The notes under the pieces: generated by a model
The model's input: only the letters and a program-made list of their open reading frames with translations
Databases searched by the model: none
Told to the model about the DNA's origin: nothing
Source of the DNA: an archaeon
Lineage (GTDB): Archaea; Iainarchaeota; Iainarchaeia; Iainarchaeales; 1-14-0-10-31-34
DNA length: 32,000 bases
Reading direction: 5' to 3'
NCBI GenBank assembly: GCA_024277355.1
Contig: JAJRVL010000004.1
Span: 120,001-152,000, forward strand
Part shown: positions 9,386 to 18,074 of the stretch, piece by piece
Layout of the letters: each line of letters begins with the position of its first letter
Position numbering within the stretch: position 1 is the first letter of the stretch
Made by a program: the position numbers and the translations under genes

Positions 9386-9675
9386 TTAAATGTAAATAAA
9401 GTATTAATCCAAGAATATTTAAATAATTAATTAAATCAGTAAAAGAAAAAGTTTTGACGTATTTGTTCATCCCTTCTCATAAGCAACAATAAAAAATAGT
9501 TGAAATTTGTTTTTAAAGTTAATGCAAGAAAAATAAAACAGATAATTTGAATAGTATTCAATTAAATTAACTGAAAAAAAATTATACAAAGAATAAGCTA
9601 AAAAAATAAATAAAATATTTTTATTAAAAAAAAAGAAAAAAAAAGAAAAGAAAGAAAAAGTTGATTAATCCGAAA

Positions 9676-10356
9676 TCATTCTTTTTTTTCTGATTCTTCA
9701 GAATCTGCTTCTTTTGTTTCTTCTGTTGCTTCGCTTGTTTCTGCTGGTGTTTCGCTTGCTTCTTCAGTTGTAGTTTCTGCTGTTTCTTCTGCTGGAGCTT
9801 CTGATGCTTCTGTTGATGCGTCTGTGGTTTCTGTTTCTGCTGGAGCTTCAGTTGCTTCTTCAGTTGAAACTTCTTTTGTTTCTTCTGTTGCTTCTGTTGA
9901 AGTTTCTTCAGTTGAATCTGAACTTGAATCCTGGCTTGAGTCATCTGAATTGTCTTGTCTTGGTTTTCTGTTTCCAAAATCTCTGTTTCCGCCAAATCTT
10001 CTTCTTTGTTCAAATTCTTGGTCTGAAATATTGTTTTCTTTGTTTACTTCTGAAACTTCTTCTTCTGAATCAGTTAATTCACCATATCTTCCAATGTTTA
10101 ATCTTAAGCTGTTTTTAAACAATGAAGTATAGCCGTTTGCTATTTTGTAAGATTTGTCTACTTCAACTTTATCGATCATTTCATCCCATAAAGTCAAAAG
10201 AATTGCGCCTGAGTCATCTCCGACTAATACTTCTGTTACTTTGTGGCTTGAATTATCTAATTTTGAAGTAACTTCTCTTACTTCGTTTTTTTCAAGAACC
10301 TTTACAGCTAATTCTACTCTTTTCTGAAAAGGTCTTAGTTCACTTACTTTGTTCAT
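9676..10356 (-). CDS. Single-stranded DNA-binding protein, crenarchaeal SSB/RPA-like OB-fold, with long Glu/Thr/Ala/Ser-rich acidic tail
   Basis: LRPFQKRVELAVKVLEKNEVREV..., VLVGDDSGAILLTLWDEMIDKVEVDKSYKIANGYTSLFKNSLRLNIG matches the archaeal SSB OB-fold pattern; GGAGG SD upstream of ATG. Confidence 0.85.
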   Translation of the reverse strand: MNKVSELRPFQKRVELAVKVLEKNEVREVTSKLDNSSHKVTEVLVGDDSGAILLTLWDEMIDKVEVDKSYKIANGYTSLFKNSLRLNIGRYGELTDSEEEVSEVNKENNISDQEFEQRRRFGGNRDFGNRKPRQDNSDDSSQDSSSDSTEETSTEATEETKEVSTEEATEAPAETETTDASTEASEAPAEETAETTTEEASETPAETSEATEETKEADSEESEKKE

Positions 10357-10414
10357 ATACGTAAATCCTCCGGTTAATCAACGAGTTAAGCCTAAAAAAA
10401 TAGGTAATCGTTTA

Positions 10415-10432
10415 ATCGTATATAAAAGTCAA
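10415..10432 (-). promoter_or_regulatory. TATA-like box (TTTTATATAC) upstream of the SSB gene
   Basis: Minus strand ...GACTTTTATATACGATTAAACG..., about 65 nt upstream of the ATG. Confidence 0.45.
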
Positions 10433-10568
10433 AAAAAAGCTTTAAAAATAGATTTAATTTCGCGATTTTGATCTGGAGCCATGATACACGACTTCGTTGC
10501 ACTCAGTCCTGCTGTATTCAATAAAATAAATTATTTAAATAAACAAAAAAAGAAAAAAAATTAAGGCA

Positions 10569-10654
10569 GCACGGGCTTATCCCATGCCAGCGCCACTGAA
10601 AATGGTGCGTCGTTGCCACCAGCCGAAACTGGTGCTAAACTGCCGAAACAGTTT
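10569..10654 (-). ncRNA. GC-rich tandem-hairpin element, structured 3'UTR or small RNA candidate
   Basis: Four stems: 10637-10654 (AAACTG/CAGTTT), 10617-10634 (CACCAG/CTGGTG), 10590-10608 (imperfect), 10569-10587 (GCAUGGG/CCCGUGC on minus), followed on minus by TTAATTTTTTTTTC. Confidence 0.5.
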
Positions 10655-11341
10655 TTACATGCCTTTTCTTAATTCCATGACAAAATTTTTGATGTCTTTT
10701 CTGAAAGACAAACCAAAAGCTACTCCAAAAAGCAATGCAACCACTATTACTAATACTGTGAATGCAATCCTAAATGCTTCAACTAAAATAGTTGTATCAA
10801 ATCCAATATTGGCTAAAGCCATTACTAAAACTAAATACATTATTACTATTTCGGCTAACATTCCGGCTAAATCTTTTTTTGGATAGTTGGTTTTGTTGAA
10901 TGTGTTTCTTACATATCTTGCTAAATAAAATCCCAATGCTAAGAACAATACTGCTGCTAAAACTAATGGAACTTTTTCAACAAACAATGTAACAAAGTCT
11001 GCAATTACATTCAATGACAGGAATCCTACAGCTTGAGCTAAGAATAGTATTATTACATACCATTTAACTAATTCTCCAATTAAAATAGAGAATGATACTC
11101 CGCCTACAGCCTGAGGTAAATCATGTGATTCCAAGAAGTGGTCAATTTTAAGATATTTAACGACTTCAACTGAAACCTTTTTCAGAACTAATGCAACAAC
11201 ATAACCGATAAATAAAAGAATTATTGCTATTGCTAATCCTGGAATTATTGAAACTCCTGTTTGAATTAATGCATCAATTGATTGATAAATTCCTCCGCCT
11301 ACTAGACTAAAGAAATCTATTGCACCATCACCTACTGCCAT
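10655..11341 (-). CDS. Polytopic membrane protein with repeated TM helix (mechanosensitive-channel-like TM region)
   Basis: IAIILLFIGYVVALVLKKV and VLAAVLFLALGFYLARYVRN repeats typical of conserved TM_helix families; AAGGTGA SD. Confidence 0.65.
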   Translation of the reverse strand: MAVGDGAIDFFSLVGGGIYQSIDALIQTGVSIIPGLAIAIILLFIGYVVALVLKKVSVEVVKYLKIDHFLESHDLPQAVGGVSFSILIGELVKWYVIILFLAQAVGFLSLNVIADFVTLFVEKVPLVLAAVLFLALGFYLARYVRNTFNKTNYPKKDLAGMLAEIVIMYLVLVMALANIGFDTTILVEAFRIAFTVLVIVVALLFGVAFGLSFRKDIKNFVMELRKGM

Positions 11342-11371
11342 AAATAAATCACCTTAAATAATTCAGCTTTA

Positions 11372-11905
11372 CTATTTAAAAATGTTATACATTAAATCGC
11401 TTGTTTTTTGAAGTAAATCATCTAAAGAAGAATTATTTTCCAGTTTAAAGTCAGCTAACTCAAATAATTTATTCATTCCTTTTTTTTCTGCGTCAATTTT
11501 ATCTCTTTCAGAAAATTTTTCTAAAGAATTAGAATCTAATTCATTTCTTCTTTCAAAACGTTTTTCTTTTTCTGCTGTAATTAAAATTAATTTTAATTGA
11601 GGAAATTTTTGTTTAATTAATTCTACTTCTTCAACTGAACGGGCGCCAACAAAAACAATTTTTTGTTCATCAGAAACTTTCTCTAAAAGTTTTACTGCAA
11701 TAAAATTCATCCCAAATTTTTTTCTTAATTCATCTCCTAATAAAACCATGTTTTCTTTTGAAACTTTTTTTCCCTGCTTTATTAGTTCTTCTTCTAATAT
11801 AGAAGAAAAAACAAATTTTTTAAACCCAAATTCTTTAACTAAAAAATCAGCTATAGTATCTTTTCCTGAACGTGCTTTACCTAATAAAATTAAAATTTGT
11901 TTCAT
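11372..11905 (-). CDS. P-loop kinase, dephospho-CoA kinase-like / nucleotide kinase-like
   Basis: Walker A GKARSGKDTIADFL; FVGARSVEEVELIKQKFP. Confidence 0.75.
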   Translation of the reverse strand: MKQILILLGKARSGKDTIADFLVKEFGFKKFVFSSILEEELIKQGKKVSKENMVLLGDELRKKFGMNFIAVKLLEKVSDEQKIVFVGARSVEEVELIKQKFPQLKLILITAEKEKRFERRNELDSNSLEKFSERDKIDAEKKGMNKLFELADFKLENNSSLDDLLQKTSDLMYNIFK

Positions 11906-11985
11906 AAGAAAACAATAAATAAAAAGAAATAAATAAACATTTAAATATCTTCAAAAACATAGTTTTTACTAAAAGAAGTGATTTA

Positions 11986-12273
11986 ATGCCAAGAACTCCT
12001 CAAAAATTCAGGAAACAAAGAGGGAAAAAGATTTCAAACAATAACAATAATCCTGCTAAACACACTCATATTAATAAATACAAAAAATCAAAAACAACAA
12101 CTCCAAAAACACCTCAGGAAATAAAAAGTCAAATAGAACACCAGGTTTATTCAGAGTATGCAGTAGGATTTAGATTTCTTTCTCCTAAAGAACAAATAAG
12201 AATTTCAAAACAAATTGAAAAAGAAGTTAACAGAAGAATCAATAATTATTTTTCAAGAAAAAGAAAAAATTAA
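11986..12273 (+). CDS. Small basic hypothetical protein
   Basis: ORF with ATG; basic and Asn-rich N-terminus. Confidence 0.55.
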   Translation: MPRTPQKFRKQRGKKISNNNNNPAKHTHINKYKKSKTTTPKTPQEIKSQIEHQVYSEYAVGFRFLSPKEQIRISKQIEKEVNRRINNYFSRKRKN

Positions 12274-12342
12274 AAAAATAATAAAAAGAATTAATAAAAA
12301 AAAATAATTAAAAATAAAAAAAAGGGAAATTGATTCCCTGAA

Positions 12343-13989
12343 TTACATCATGCCTGGCATTCCACCCATGCCGCCCATATCTGGAGGCATTGGAGGAGCT
12401 GAACCTTTACTGCTTCCTGCAATAATGTCATCAATTCTTAAAATCATTTCTGTTACTTCTGAAGCAGAAGTAATTGCCTGTGTTTTGACTGTTAATGGTT
12501 CAATTACTTTCTGGCTTTTTAAGTCAACTAATTTTGATTGATAGACATCTACTCCAATATATTTTCCTGAAGCTTTTGCATGTTTTGACCTTAAATTAAC
12601 TAAAGTGTCAATTGGATCCATTCCTGCAGTTTCAGCTAAAGTTCTTGGAATTATTTCTAATGTTTCAGCAAAAGCATCAATTGCTAATTGTTCTCTTCCG
12701 CCTACTGTTTTAGCGTATTCTCTTAATTTAACTGCAACTTCTATTTCGCTGCTTCCTCCGCCTGCAACAACTTTTCCGATTTTTATTGCTGAAATTACTG
12801 CTCCTAATGCGTCATTTAATGCTCTTTCTGCTTCATCCATTACATGGTCTGAACCGCCTCTGACTAAGACTGTTACTGCTTTAGGGTTTTTGCAGCCTTC
12901 AATAAAAACCATGTCTTCTCCAGAAACTTTTTTTGAGTTAACGTCTTCAGCAAAACCTAAATCGTCTTTGTTTAAGTCATTTGTTCTATTAACAATTTTT
13001 GCTCCTGTTGCTCTTGACAATAAAGTCATGTCTGATTTTTTGACTCTTCTTACTGCAAGAATTCCTTCTTTTGATAAAAAGTGCTGTGCTAAATCATCAA
13101 TTCCTTTCTGGCAGAAAACAACATTTGCTCCTGAAGCTTTAATTTTTTCAACCATGTTTTTTAACATGCCTTCTTCTTGGTCTAAAAAAGCCTGCAATTG
13201 GTCAGGAGAAGTAATTTGTATTTTTGCGTCTGTTTCTGTTTCTTTTACTTCTAAAGCTGAATCAATTAAAGCAATTTTTGCTTTAGCCATTTTTTTTGGC
13301 ATTCCTTCGTTTACTACTTCTTTGTCTATTACTACTCCTTTAATTAATTCTGAGTCAGTTAAACCTGCTCCGCCTTTTTTTTCTATTTTAATTTTGTCTC
13401 TGTTAATTGTTGTTCCGTTTTCTTCTTCTGAAACTGTTTTAATTGCTTCAACAACTAAATCAGCTAATTCCATTGAAGCTTCAGCTGCTTTTCCTGTCAT
13501 TGAAGTAACAGCAATGTCTTTTAGTGTTTTTGAATCTTTAATGCTGACTGAATCTGCTAATTCAGCATAATATTCTTTTGCTTTTTTTGCTGCCATTCTG
13601 TATCCATTAATTATAATTGAAGAATGAATGTCATCATCTAACATTTTTTCTGCTTTTCCAAGTAATCCGCCAGATAAAACTACAACACTAGTAGTTCCGT
13701 CTCCAACTTCATTATCTTGTGTTTTTGCTACTTCTACAAGCATTTTTCCTACAGGATGATCAATGCTCATTTCACTTAAAATTGTTGCTCCGTCATTTGA
13801 AACTGTTACGTCTCCTAAGTCATCTACAATCATTTTATCCATTCCTTTTGGACCTAAAGTAGATTTAACTGCATTAGCAACTGCTTTTGCAATTAAAATA
13901 TTAATTCTTTGTGCGTCTCTTCCTCTGGTTCTTTTAGAGCCATCAGATAAAAAAACGACTTGCTGGTTCATATTGTCTATTTGTGCCAT
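12343..13989 (-). CDS. Thermosome (group II chaperonin) subunit
   Basis: [47 protein letters not shown]-terminal [10 protein letters not shown]; GGAGG SD. Confidence 0.98.
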   Translation of the reverse strand: MAQIDNMNQQVVFLSDGSKRTRGRDAQRINILIAKAVANAVKSTLGPKGMDKMIVDDLGDVTVSNDGATILSEMSIDHPVGKMLVEVAKTQDNEVGDGTTSVVVLSGGLLGKAEKMLDDDIHSSIIINGYRMAAKKAKEYYAELADSVSIKDSKTLKDIAVTSMTGKAAEASMELADLVVEAIKTVSEEENGTTINRDKIKIEKKGGAGLTDSELIKGVVIDKEVVNEGMPKKMAKAKIALIDSALEVKETETDAKIQITSPDQLQAFLDQEEGMLKNMVEKIKASGANVVFCQKGIDDLAQHFLSKEGILAVRRVKKSDMTLLSRATGAKIVNRTNDLNKDDLGFAEDVNSKKVSGEDMVFIEGCKNPKAVTVLVRGGSDHVMDEAERALNDALGAVISAIKIGKVVAGGGSSEIEVAVKLREYAKTVGGREQLAIDAFAETLEIIPRTLAETAGMDPIDTLVNLRSKHAKASGKYIGVDVYQSKLVDLKSQKVIEPLTVKTQAITSASEVTEMILRIDDIIAGSSKGSAPPMPPDMGGMGGMPGMM

Positions 13990-14100
13990 AAATTTAGCCT
14001 CCTAATTTAATTAAATAAATAATTAGTGTATAAATTATTGATAGATATAAATGTTTATAAACTTTTTTGATGGATATAAATGTCAATTAGAAAAAGCTTT

Positions 14101-14481
14101 TTACCTGTTTTTTTTAAATGATTCAACTTTATCTGTTCCGTAAATGTCTGTCATTTCTTTTAATACAAAAAACCCTTTAAGGAAACAGGCAGCAGTTAAA
14201 ATTCTCAGGAAATTGCTTAAATAAAACCAATAACCTAACGGCCCATAAACATATTCTCTTGAAAATTCAAACACTTTGTAAAGTAAATCAAGAAAAATAT
14301 TTATTGCAAAACTTGCACACATAAAAGCAGAAGCAATTAAAATCCATTTAACAAAATAACGAAATTTTCCTGAAGTAAATCTTTTATAGGCAATAAAGCT
14401 TATTGTTAAAGCTGAAATAATTAAAACAATAGCCAGAATTCCTTCAAGTAAAAGAATATGTTCTAGTAATCCAAAACTCAT
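14101..14481 (-). CDS. Small multi-TM membrane protein (cassette A, MP2)
   Basis: ORF with several hydrophobic helices; 4-nt overlap with 14478..14828. Confidence 0.75.
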   Translation of the reverse strand: MSFGLLEHILLLEGILAIVLIISALTISFIAYKRFTSGKFRYFVKWILIASAFMCASFAINIFLDLLYKVFEFSREYVYGPLGYWFYLSNFLRILTAACFLKGFFVLKEMTDIYGTDKVESFKKNR

Positions 14482-14828
14482 TTTATTCCCTCTTTTGAAG
14501 CAAAACCATATTCTTTTGACATTTCATTTAAAATTAATCCTGCTTTAAGAAAAGCAATTCCTGTTAAAATTGCTATGCCTGAACGGACTAAGTCAAGAAT
14601 TAAGTCTATTTCTTCTGCTACTCCAACAGCATTTATGTAATGAATTACAGTCGAAGCAATTACATGAAATAAAGCTAAAGTTGCTGTTATAATTACCCAT
14701 TTAATAAAAGTTTTGTAATGTCCTAAAACAAATTTTTTACTTATATTAATTGCCCATAAAATAGCCACAGCAACAATAAGAATTACTACTGCAGAAAAGC
14801 CAATCAAAGCAAAGCCCATAGTATTCAT
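14478..14828 (-). CDS. Small multi-TM membrane protein (cassette A, MP1)
   Basis: ORF; hydrophobic helices; 4-nt overlaps on both sides; GAGGTGG SD. Confidence 0.75.
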   Translation of the reverse strand: MNTMGFALIGFSAVVILIVAVAILWAINISKKFVLGHYKTFIKWVIITATLALFHVIASTVIHYINAVGVAEEIDLILDLVRSGIAILTGIAFLKAGLILNEMSKEYGFASKEGIK

Positions 14829-15388
14829 TTATCCACCTCTAAAACATTATCACAAAACTGAGAAATTTGTGCAATTATTTCTTTGTCTTCTTTTTTATCT
14901 AAAGCAATAATTACTCCGCTTAATCCCCATACTCTTAATTTTGTAATCAGGAAATGAAAAAACTTTGAAATCCTCGCAGAATCATTATGTATAAGTAAAG
15001 CTGAGAGTGAATCAAAATATACTAATCTGTTTTTTACATCAATTGATTGAGTTACCTGATTTAATGCAATTCCTAAGTCAGTTAAATTTCTTGGAGATTC
15101 AAGGAACATTACGTTGCTTTCTTTTGCAGGGTTTCTATTAGCTGTTTTTGTAATCATATCAACAAAGAAAATCTTTTTTGTTTCAATTTTAGTTTGTTCT
15201 AAAGAAGAAACCAAACTTAAATAAGGCTTGTTTATTGTAACATAAATCGGAACTAAATGTTTTTTTTCAATTAAAGTTTTAAAAAACTCAGTATTGCTTT
15301 GAGAATAATTTCCCGGATTAAATACAGCTATCAAAACAAATTCTTTTTGCAGTTTCTGCAAAGCTAAATCTAAATTTTTTATCATCAA
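14825..15388 (-). CDS. KaiC/RecA-like protein lacking Walker A (haloarchaeal DUF7504/DUF835-like)
   Basis: PIYVTINKPYLSL, KKIFFVDMIT, RLVYFDSLSALLIHN, KLRVWGLSGVIIALDK, AQISQFCDNVLEV; paralog of 21748..22305. Confidence 0.75.
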   Translation of the reverse strand: MMIKNLDLALQKLQKEFVLIAVFNPGNYSQSNTEFFKTLIEKKHLVPIYVTINKPYLSLVSSLEQTKIETKKIFFVDMITKTANRNPAKESNVMFLESPRNLTDLGIALNQVTQSIDVKNRLVYFDSLSALLIHNDSARISKFFHFLITKLRVWGLSGVIIALDKKEDKEIIAQISQFCDNVLEVDK

Positions 15389-15471
15389 AACAATAAAGGA
15401 AATTAGTATTTAAAATAGCTTTTATTCAGGCATTGGAATACTTTTAATAGATTTCTTTCTTTAAAACTTAA

Positions 15472-16632
15472 ATGTTTTCAGAAGAATCCATTGAATTACA
15501 TAAACAATTAAAAGGAAAACTTGAAGTAAATTCAAAAATTAAAATTGATTCAAAAACTCTTTCTTTAGCTTATACCCCTGGAGTAGCTGAACCCTGTAAA
15601 AGAATTCAGGCTGACCCAAAAAAAGTTTTTGATTACACAATTAAATCCAATACAATTGCAGTAATAACTGATGGAAGCGCAGTATTAGGTTTAGGAAACT
15701 TAGGTGCAGAAGCTTCTTTGCCGGTAATGGAAGGAAAATGCGCTTTATTTAAGGAATTTTCAGGATTAAATGCTTTTCCTATTGCATTAAAAACACAGGA
15801 AACAAAAGAAATAATTTCAATAATAAAAAATATTTCACCAGTATTTGCAGGAATAAATTTAGAGGATATTTCTTCTCCAAGATGCTTTGAAATAGAAAAA
15901 GCATTAATGGATTTAGGAATTCCAGTAATGCATGACGATCAGCATGGCGCAGCAATAGTTGCTTTAGCTGGATTAAAAAACGCAATGAAAGTTCTTAAAA
16001 AAAATTTAAGTGAAAGCAAAGTTGTAGTAAGCGGAATTGGAGCGGCAGGAACAGCTATAACAAAATTATTAATTGCAAATGAAAAACCAGAAGAACTTGT
16101 TTTAGTGGATAAAGAAGGAATTTTATTTGAAGGAAAAACAGGAATAATAAAACATCATTCAGAGTTAGCTGAATTAACTAACAGAAAAAAAATTAAAGGA
16201 AGTTTAGAAGATGCATTAATTGATGCAGATATATTTATTGGCTGTTCTATAGGAAACACAGTTACCTCAAAAATGGTTGAATCAATGAACTCAAAAATAA
16301 TTTTTGCTTTAGCTAATCCAATTCCTGAAATTATGCCTGAAGAAGCAAGAAAAGCAGGCGCAGAAATTATTGCAACAGGAAGAAGCGATTATCCAAATCA
16401 AGTAAATAATCTGCTTGCATTCCCAGGAATATTCAGAGGAGCAATTGATGCAAAAGCAGTTAAAATAACAGAAGAAATGAAGTTATCAGCAGTAAAAGCT
16501 TTAGCTGAATTTATTGAAAACCCAACAAAAGAATTATTTATTCCTGATCCATTAGATAAAAAAGTTACAGTAAAAGTAGCTGAAGCAGTAAAAAAAGAAG
16601 CAGAAAATTCAGGTGTAATTAGAAATGACTGA
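15472..16632 (+). CDS. Malic enzyme (malate dehydrogenase, decarboxylating)
   Basis: LAYTPGVAEPCKRI, AVITDGSAVLGLGNLGAEASLPVMEGKCALFKEF, DDQHGAAIVALAGLKNA, SDYPNQVNNLLAFPGIFRGAIDAKA. Confidence 0.97.
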   Translation: MFSEESIELHKQLKGKLEVNSKIKIDSKTLSLAYTPGVAEPCKRIQADPKKVFDYTIKSNTIAVITDGSAVLGLGNLGAEASLPVMEGKCALFKEFSGLNAFPIALKTQETKEIISIIKNISPVFAGINLEDISSPRCFEIEKALMDLGIPVMHDDQHGAAIVALAGLKNAMKVLKKNLSESKVVVSGIGAAGTAITKLLIANEKPEELVLVDKEGILFEGKTGIIKHHSELAELTNRKKIKGSLEDALIDADIFIGCSIGNTVTSKMVESMNSKIIFALANPIPEIMPEEARKAGAEIIATGRSDYPNQVNNLLAFPGIFRGAIDAKAVKITEEMKLSAVKALAEFIENPTKELFIPDPLDKKVTVKVAEAVKKEAENSGVIRND

Positions 16633-17494
16633 ATTAAATTCAGCAATACTTGAATTATACAAAAAAGCAAGTTTTTTTCTGCCGGAAGACGTAAAAGAAA
16701 AATTAATTAAAGCCAAAAACAAAGAAGAAAATGAATTAACAAAAAAAGTTTTTAATTCAATGTTTGAAAACATTAAGTTAGCAGAAGAAAAACAAACTCC
16801 TTTATGCGGTGATACAGGAACTCCTATTTTTTTTGTTTCTAATTCAAATAATTTTTCTCAAAAAGAAATAATTAAAGCAGTAAATAAAGCAACAGAAGAA
16901 GCTGTAAAAAAAAATTATTTAAGACCTAATGCAGTTGACTCTTTAACAGAAAAAAATTCAGGAAACTGTTTAGGAGAAAAAATTCCTTTAATTTATTTTG
17001 AAGAAAATGAAAAAGAAAAAGAATTGAAAATTGATTTAATTCTTAAAGGAGGCGGAAGCGAAAATATAGGAAAAACTTATTCTCTTCCAGATGAAGAATT
17101 AAATGCTGAAAGAAATTTAGATGGAGTAAGAAAATGCATTTTAGATTCAGTGATTAAAGCTCAAGGAAAAGGCTGTCCGCCAAACACATTAAATGTTGTT
17201 GTTGGAGGAACAAAAGATGCTGTTTCAGTTGAAGCAAAAAAATTAATTTTAAGAAAATTAAATGAAAAAAACCCTGTAAAAGAACTGCAGGAATTTGAAG
17301 AAAAACTATTAAAAGAAATTAATTCTTTAGGAATAGGCGCAATGGGAATTGGAGGAAATTCTTTTGCTTTAGGAGTTAAAACAAAATTTTTAGCAAGACA
17401 TCCTGCATCATATTTTGTTGAAATAAGTTTTGCATGCTGGAATGACAGAAGAAAAACAATGACTTGGAAAAACGGAGAAGCAAAATATGACTGA
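16625..17494 (+). CDS. Fumarate hydratase class I, alpha subunit
   Basis: TPLCGDTGTPIFFV, GGGSENIGKTYSLPD, CPPNTLNVVVGG, LGIGAMGIGGNSFALGVK. Confidence 0.95.
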   Translation: MTELNSAILELYKKASFFLPEDVKEKLIKAKNKEENELTKKVFNSMFENIKLAEEKQTPLCGDTGTPIFFVSNSNNFSQKEIIKAVNKATEEAVKKNYLRPNAVDSLTEKNSGNCLGEKIPLIYFEENEKEKELKIDLILKGGGSENIGKTYSLPDEELNAERNLDGVRKCILDSVIKAQGKGCPPNTLNVVVGGTKDAVSVEAKKLILRKLNEKNPVKELQEFEEKLLKEINSLGIGAMGIGGNSFALGVKTKFLARHPASYFVEISFACWNDRRKTMTWKNGEAKYD

Positions 17495-18065
17495 AAAAAT
17501 CAAATTAAAAATTCCTTTTAACGAAAAAGAAATCAAAGAATTAAACACAGGGGATTTTGTTGAATTAACTGGAACAATTTTTCTGGGAAGAGATAAAGTG
17601 CACAAAAAATTAAGTGAAAGAATTGATGAAAAACTGAAAGAAAAATTAAAAGGAAAAATGATTTATCATTGCGGTCCAATAGCAAAAAAAGAAGAAAAAT
17701 GGAAAATTATTTCAGCAGGACCAACTACAAGCATTAGAGTAGAAAAATTCATGCCAAAAATAATTGAAGAATATAAAATAAAAGGAATTATGGGAAAAGG
17801 CGGAATGGGAAAAAATACTCTTAAATCATTAAAAGAAAATAATGCAGTTTATTTTTTAGCAGTAGGCGGAACTGCTGCATTATTAGCCAAAAAAATAACT
17901 GAAGTAAAAAATGTTTTTTTTCTGGAAGAGTTTGGAGTTCCGGAAGCATTATGGGAAGTTGAAATAAAAGATTTTCCTGCAATAGTTTCAATGGATTCAA
18001 AAGGAAACAGTTTACATGACAAAATAAAAGAAAACTCCATTAAAAAATTAAGTGAACTAAAATAA
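17487..18065 (+). CDS. Fumarate hydratase class I, beta subunit
   Basis: GTIFLGRDKVHKKL, IYHCGPI, SAGPTTSIRVEKF, GKGGMGKNTL, VGGTAALLAKKI. Confidence 0.95.
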   Translation: MTEKIKLKIPFNEKEIKELNTGDFVELTGTIFLGRDKVHKKLSERIDEKLKEKLKGKMIYHCGPIAKKEEKWKIISAGPTTSIRVEKFMPKIIEEYKIKGIMGKGGMGKNTLKSLKENNAVYFLAVGGTAALLAKKITEVKNVFFLEEFGVPEALWEVEIKDFPAIVSMDSKGNSLHDKIKENSIKKLSELK

Positions 18066-18074
18066 TAAGAGACT

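Noticed and set aside
9624-10013. 129-aa Gln/Lys-rich minus ORF and plus ORFs 9804..10118 and 9824..10132
   Set aside because: Alternate frames of the low-complexity SSB tail; no start context or domain.
10584-10886. 100-aa plus ORF over the GC-rich hairpin cluster
   Set aside because: Mostly antisense to the membrane protein gene; the N-terminal part falls in the stem-loops.
12605-13570. 321-aa plus-strand ORF
   Set aside because: Fully antisense to the thermosome gene; the composition is an artefact of the opposite-strand coding bias. Same for 12350..12541 and 13763..14005.
14825-15388. Functional KaiC-type ATPase
   Set aside because: No GxxxxGK[T/S] motif in either paralog; only a Walker B-like strand remains.
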